A stretch of DNA of 64,000 bases from Macrostomum lignano. Taxonomy: Eukaryota. Location: NCBI GenBank assembly GCA_002269645.1, contig NIVC01000773.1, positions 62,001 to 126,000 of the forward strand, given 5' to 3'. The notes under the pieces are model-generated. The model saw only the letters and a list, made by a program, of their open reading frames with translations. It was not told where the DNA came from and searched no databases. Shown piece after piece: positions 59,801-64,000 of the stretch. The position numbers and the translations under genes are program-made. How positions within the stretch are numbered: the stretch's first letter is position 1; the number at the start of each line of letters is the position of its first letter.

Positions 59801-62800
59801 AAGAGAACACATCAAAGTTCTCTAGCATCTTTTTTTCGTGGAGTGGATTCGATGAAAAAGTGCGTTGGTATGTCGAAAGCCATGTGTCTAAGTTTAGTGA
59901 TATCTTCGTTAATTGGACCGGTTTTGAAGCAAAAGTTCAACAGTACGTGATGCAAAATGAAGAAAAGTTTAAAATATTGTTTGATGTTAAAAGCACTGAG
60001 CCTGATCTTTCATCACCAGAATATCGGGAATTGGTTTTAAAGTACATTCAAGAAAACATGTCCGAGCTTTTTATCATTTTTACAACCTGGAGTGGTTTTA
60101 CGGCTCAAATCCGTCGCTATGTTCAGCAGCACGAAGACGATTTTATTAAGCTGCTAGGCTGCGTTCGCGAATCAAAAAGTTCAATCCACACAGGCGAATC
60201 GCTTAAAATATCGGATACAGTGAAGACGACCGAAAACAGCGAGTACAAGTCGTTCGGATCTCGAACGGAGACGGCTCCTGTCGGTGTTCAGGGCATTGTA
60301 TCGGAAGCTACTGGGTCACGCGCCGTTAACATCGGCGGATCGGACGGAGAGATGCTAGACTTATCCGGATCGAGAACTAGCCGATATTCGGCCTTCCCAG
60401 GAGAGTCGTATGGAACGTCGGATACAGTGAAGACGACCGAAAGCAGCGAGTACAAGTCGTTCGGATCTCGAACGGAGACGGCTCCTGTCGGTGTTCAGGG
60501 CATTGTATCGGAAGCTACTGGGTCACGCGCCGTTAACATCGGCGGATCGGACGGAGAGATGCTAGACTTATCCGGATCGAGAACTAGTCGATATTCAGCC
60601 TTCCCAGGAGAGTCATATGAAACGTCGGATACAGTGAAGACGACCGAAAGCAGCGAGTACAAGTCGTTCGGATCTCGAACGGAGACGGCTCCTGTCGGTG
60701 TTCAGGGCATTGTATCGGAAGCTACTGGGTCACGCGCCGTTAACATCGGCGGATCGGATGGAGAGATGCTAGACTTATCCGGATCGAGAACTAGCCGATA
60801 TTCAGCCTTCCCAGGAGAGTCGTATGGAATATCGGATACAGTGAAGACGACCGAAAGCAGCGAGTACAAGTCGTTCGGATCTCGAACGGAGACGGCTCCT
60901 GTCGGTGTTCAGGGCATTGTATCGGGAGCTACTGGGTCACGCGCCGTTAACATCGGCGGATCGGACGGAGAGATTCTAGACTTATTCGGATCGAGAACTA
61001 GCCGATATTCCGCCTTCCCAGGAGAGTCGTATGGAATATCGGATACAGTGAAGACGACCAAAAGCAGCGAGTACATGTCGTTCGGATCTCGAACGGAGAC
61101 GGCTCCTGTCGGTGTTCAGGGCATTGTATCGGAAGCTACTGGGTCACGCGCCGTTAACATCGGCGGATCGGACGGAGAGATGCTAGACTTATCCGGATCG
61201 AGAACTAGCCGATATTCGGCCTTCCCAGGAGAGTCGTATGGAACGTCGGATACAGTGAAGACGACCGAAAGCAGCGAGTACAAGTCGTTCGGATCTCGAA
61301 CGGAGACGGCTCCTGTCGGTGTTCAGGGCATTGTATCGGAAGCTACTGGGTCACGCGCCGTTAACATCGGCGGATCGGACGGAGAGATTCTAAACTTATT
61401 CGGATCGAGAACTAGCCGATATTCAGCCTTCCCAGGAGAGTCGTATGGAACGTCGGATACAGTGAAGACGACCAAAAGCAGCGAGTACATGTCGTTCGGA
61501 TCTCGAACGGAGACGGCTCCTGTCGGTGTTCAGGGCATTGTATCGGAAGCTACTGGGTCACGCGCCGTTAACATCGGCGGATCGGACGGAGAGATTCTAA
61601 ACTTATTCGGATCGAGAACTAGCCGATATTCGGCCTTCCCAGGAGAGTCGTATGGAACGTCGGATACAGTGAAGACGACCAAAAGCAGCGAGTACATGTC
61701 GTTCGGATCTCGAACGGAGACGGCTCCTGTCGGTGTTCAGGGCATTGTATCGGGAGCTACTGGATCACGCGCCGTTAACATCGGCGGATCGGATGGAGAG
61801 ATGCTAGACCTATCCGGATCGAGAACTAGCCGATATTCAGCCTTCCCAGGAGAGTCATATGAAACGTCGGATACAGTGAAGACGACCGAAAGCAGCGAGT
61901 ACATATCGTTCGGATCTCGAACGGAGACGGCTCCTGTCGGTGTTCAGGGCATTGTATCGGGAGCTACTGGATCACGCGCCGTTAACATCGGCGGATCGGA
62001 CGGAGAGATGCTAGACCTATCCAGATCGAGAACTAGCCGATATTCAGCCTTCCCAGGAGAGTCATATGAAACGTCGGATACAGTGAAGACGACCGAAAGC
62101 AGCGAGTACATGTCGTTCGGATCTCGAACGGAGACGGCTCCTGTCGGTGTTCAGGGCATTGTATCGGGAGCTACTGGGTCACGCGCCGTTAACATCGGCG
62201 GATCGGACGGAGAGATGCTAGACTTATCCGGATCGAGAACTAGCCGATATTCGGCCTTCCCAGGAGAGTCGTATGGAACGTCGGATACAGTGACGACGAC
62301 CGAAAGCAGCGAGTACAAGTCGTTCGGATCTCGAACGGAGACGGCTCCTGTCGGTGTTCAGGGCATTGTATCGGAAGCTACTGGGTCACGCGCCGTTAAC
62401 ATCGGCGGATCGGACGGAGAGATTCTAAACTTATTCGGATCGAGAACTAGCCGATATTCAGCCTTCCCAGGAGAGTCGTATGGAATATCGGATACAGTGA
62501 AGACGACCGAAAGCAGCGATTACATGTCGTTCGGATCTCGAACGGAGACGGCTCCTGTCGGTGTTCAGGGCATTGTATCGGAAGCTACTGGGTCACGCGC
62601 CGTTAACATCGGCGGATCGGACGGAGAGATGCTAGACTTATCCGGATCGAGAACTAGCCGATATTCGGTCTTCCCAGGAGAGTCGTATGGAACGTCGGAT
62701 ACAGTGAAGACGACCGAAAGCAGCGAGTACAAGTCGTTCGGATCTCGAACGGAGACGGCTCCTGTCGGTGTTCAGGGCATTGTATCGGAAGCTACTGGGT

Positions 62801-63819
62801 CACGCGCCGTTAACATCGGCGGATCGGACGGAGAGATTCTAAACGTATTCGGATCGAGAACTAGCCGATATTCAGCCTTCCCAGGAGAGTCGTATGGAAT
62901 ATCGGATACAGTGAAGACGACCGAAAGCAGCGAGTACATGTCGTTCGGATCTCGAACGGAGACGGCTCCTGTCGGTGTTCAGGGCATTGTATCGGGAGCT
63001 ACTGGGTCACGCGCCGTTAACATCGGCGGATCGGACGGAGAGATGCTAGACTTATTCGGATCGAGAACTAGCCGATATTCAGCCTTCCCAGGAGAGTCGT
63101 ATGGAACGTCGGATACAGTGAAGACGACCGAAAGCAACGAGTACAAGTCGTTCGGATCTCGAACGGAGACGGCTCCTGTCGGTGTTCAGGGCATTGTATC
63201 GGAAGCTACTGGGTCACGCGCCGTTAACATCGGCGGATCGGATGGAGAGATGCTAGACCTATCCGGATCGAGAACTAGCCAATATTCGGCCTTCCCAGGA
63301 GAGTCGTATGGAACGTCGGATACAGTGAAGACGACCGAAAGCAGCGAGTACAAGTCGTTCGGATCTCGAACGGAGACGGCTCCTGTCGGTGTTCAGGGCA
63401 TTGTATCGGAAGCTACTGGGTCACGCGCCGTTAACATCGGCGGATCGGACGGAGAGATGCTAGACTTATCCGGATCGAGAACTAGCCGATATTCGGCCTT
63501 CCCAGGAGAGTCGTATGGAACGTCGGATACAGTGAAGACGACCGAAAGCAGCGAGTACAAGTCGTTCGGATCTCGAACGGAGACGGCTCCTGTCGGTGTT
63601 CAGGGCATTGTATCGGAAGCTACTGGGTCACGCGCCGTTAACATCGGAGGATCGGATGGAGAGATGCTAGACCTATCCGGATCGAGAACTAGCCGATATT
63701 CAGCCTTCCCAGGAGAGTCGTTTGGAACATCAGGTGCCGTCACCCACTTCAGTGAAAGTGACAGTGCTAGTCCTCTATTCTCATTCACGGGTGGCCGCAT
63801 GCGAAATATTGTAGACTAG
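53874..63819 (+). CDS. Plakin-domain (spectrin repeat/SH3) protein with a giant repetitive tail, about 2590 aa as assembled; exons 53874-54266, 54755-54979, 55067-55213, 55602-55756, 55920-56028, 56602-56743, 56905-57094, 57298-57397, 57505-63819; 5' end unresolved
   Basis: GT-AG junctions are phase-compatible and the total of 7776 nt is divisible by 3. TWSWVSQL..HTRNAADYQTF, RSRAVVPLHLR and EPGEQVTVIDNSQSYTWTV...VKVPSTCIWLPPADPQAV match the recalled plakin spectrin-repeat/SH3 region (QWSWILQL, IVPLK.R, KGE.C.L.DNS..W.V..VPSVCF.IPPP). The acceptor at 56601 is weak. Confidence 0.8.
57688..60150 (+). repeat. Coding 249-bp (83-aa) repeat, 9 full units plus a diverged partial tenth
   Basis: DTSSSEFRALVQKYVE recurs every 249 nt (57688, 57937, ...). 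Confidence 0.95.
60214..63732 (+). repeat. Coding 207-bp (69-aa) S/T/G-rich repeat, 17 near-identical units
   Basis: DTVKTTES recurs every 207 nt from 60214 to 63526. Confidence 0.97.
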
Positions 63820-64000
63820 ATTTCTTTACCTGAGCTGGGAATTCTCAGGTAGGAAAGAAGCTGAGCGAAAAGTTAAAGAATTTTGGAACCTGCGCTCACT
63901 AACGTAAATTGTTTGGAGGAAATGGCTTTTTAGCTTTTTAGTACTTTTTTTGTAACAGTTGTATTACCTTTTTCATATCGCCCTTCATATTTTAGCGGAA

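Overview
Eukaryotic, intron-rich and very repeat-rich genomic DNA. No prokaryotic features, rRNA, true tRNA or CRISPR array is supported. The style (GC-rich exons, abundant minisatellites) suggests an invertebrate, possibly a free-living flatworm such as Macrostomum; that is inference only. Two spliced host genes can be assembled on the + strand. One is a 6-exon LRRFIP1/2-like coiled-coil gene (29926-39635). The other is a plakin-domain gene (53874-63819) ending in a 6.3-kb exon built from two repeat types I do not recognise (83 aa and 69 aa); a decayed partial duplicate lies at 48183-50488. Mobile elements include a full-length, apparently intact LOA/R1-group LINE (40585-46486, minus strand, 12-bp TSD) whose 5' end folds as an HDV-like self-cleaving ribozyme, plus two relics of the same family. 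Also present are a DD34D mariner with one stop codon, an internally deleted hAT element with a perfect 8-bp TSD, CpG-erased piggyBac relics, three tRNA-derived CORE-like SINEs and several MITE-like elements. A ~12.9-kb foldback-like inverted-repeat structure spans 9080-21949. The most interesting items are the ribozyme, the plakin with unrecognised repeats, the foldback and the CpG-depletion mosaic. All alignments, folds and counts were done by eye.
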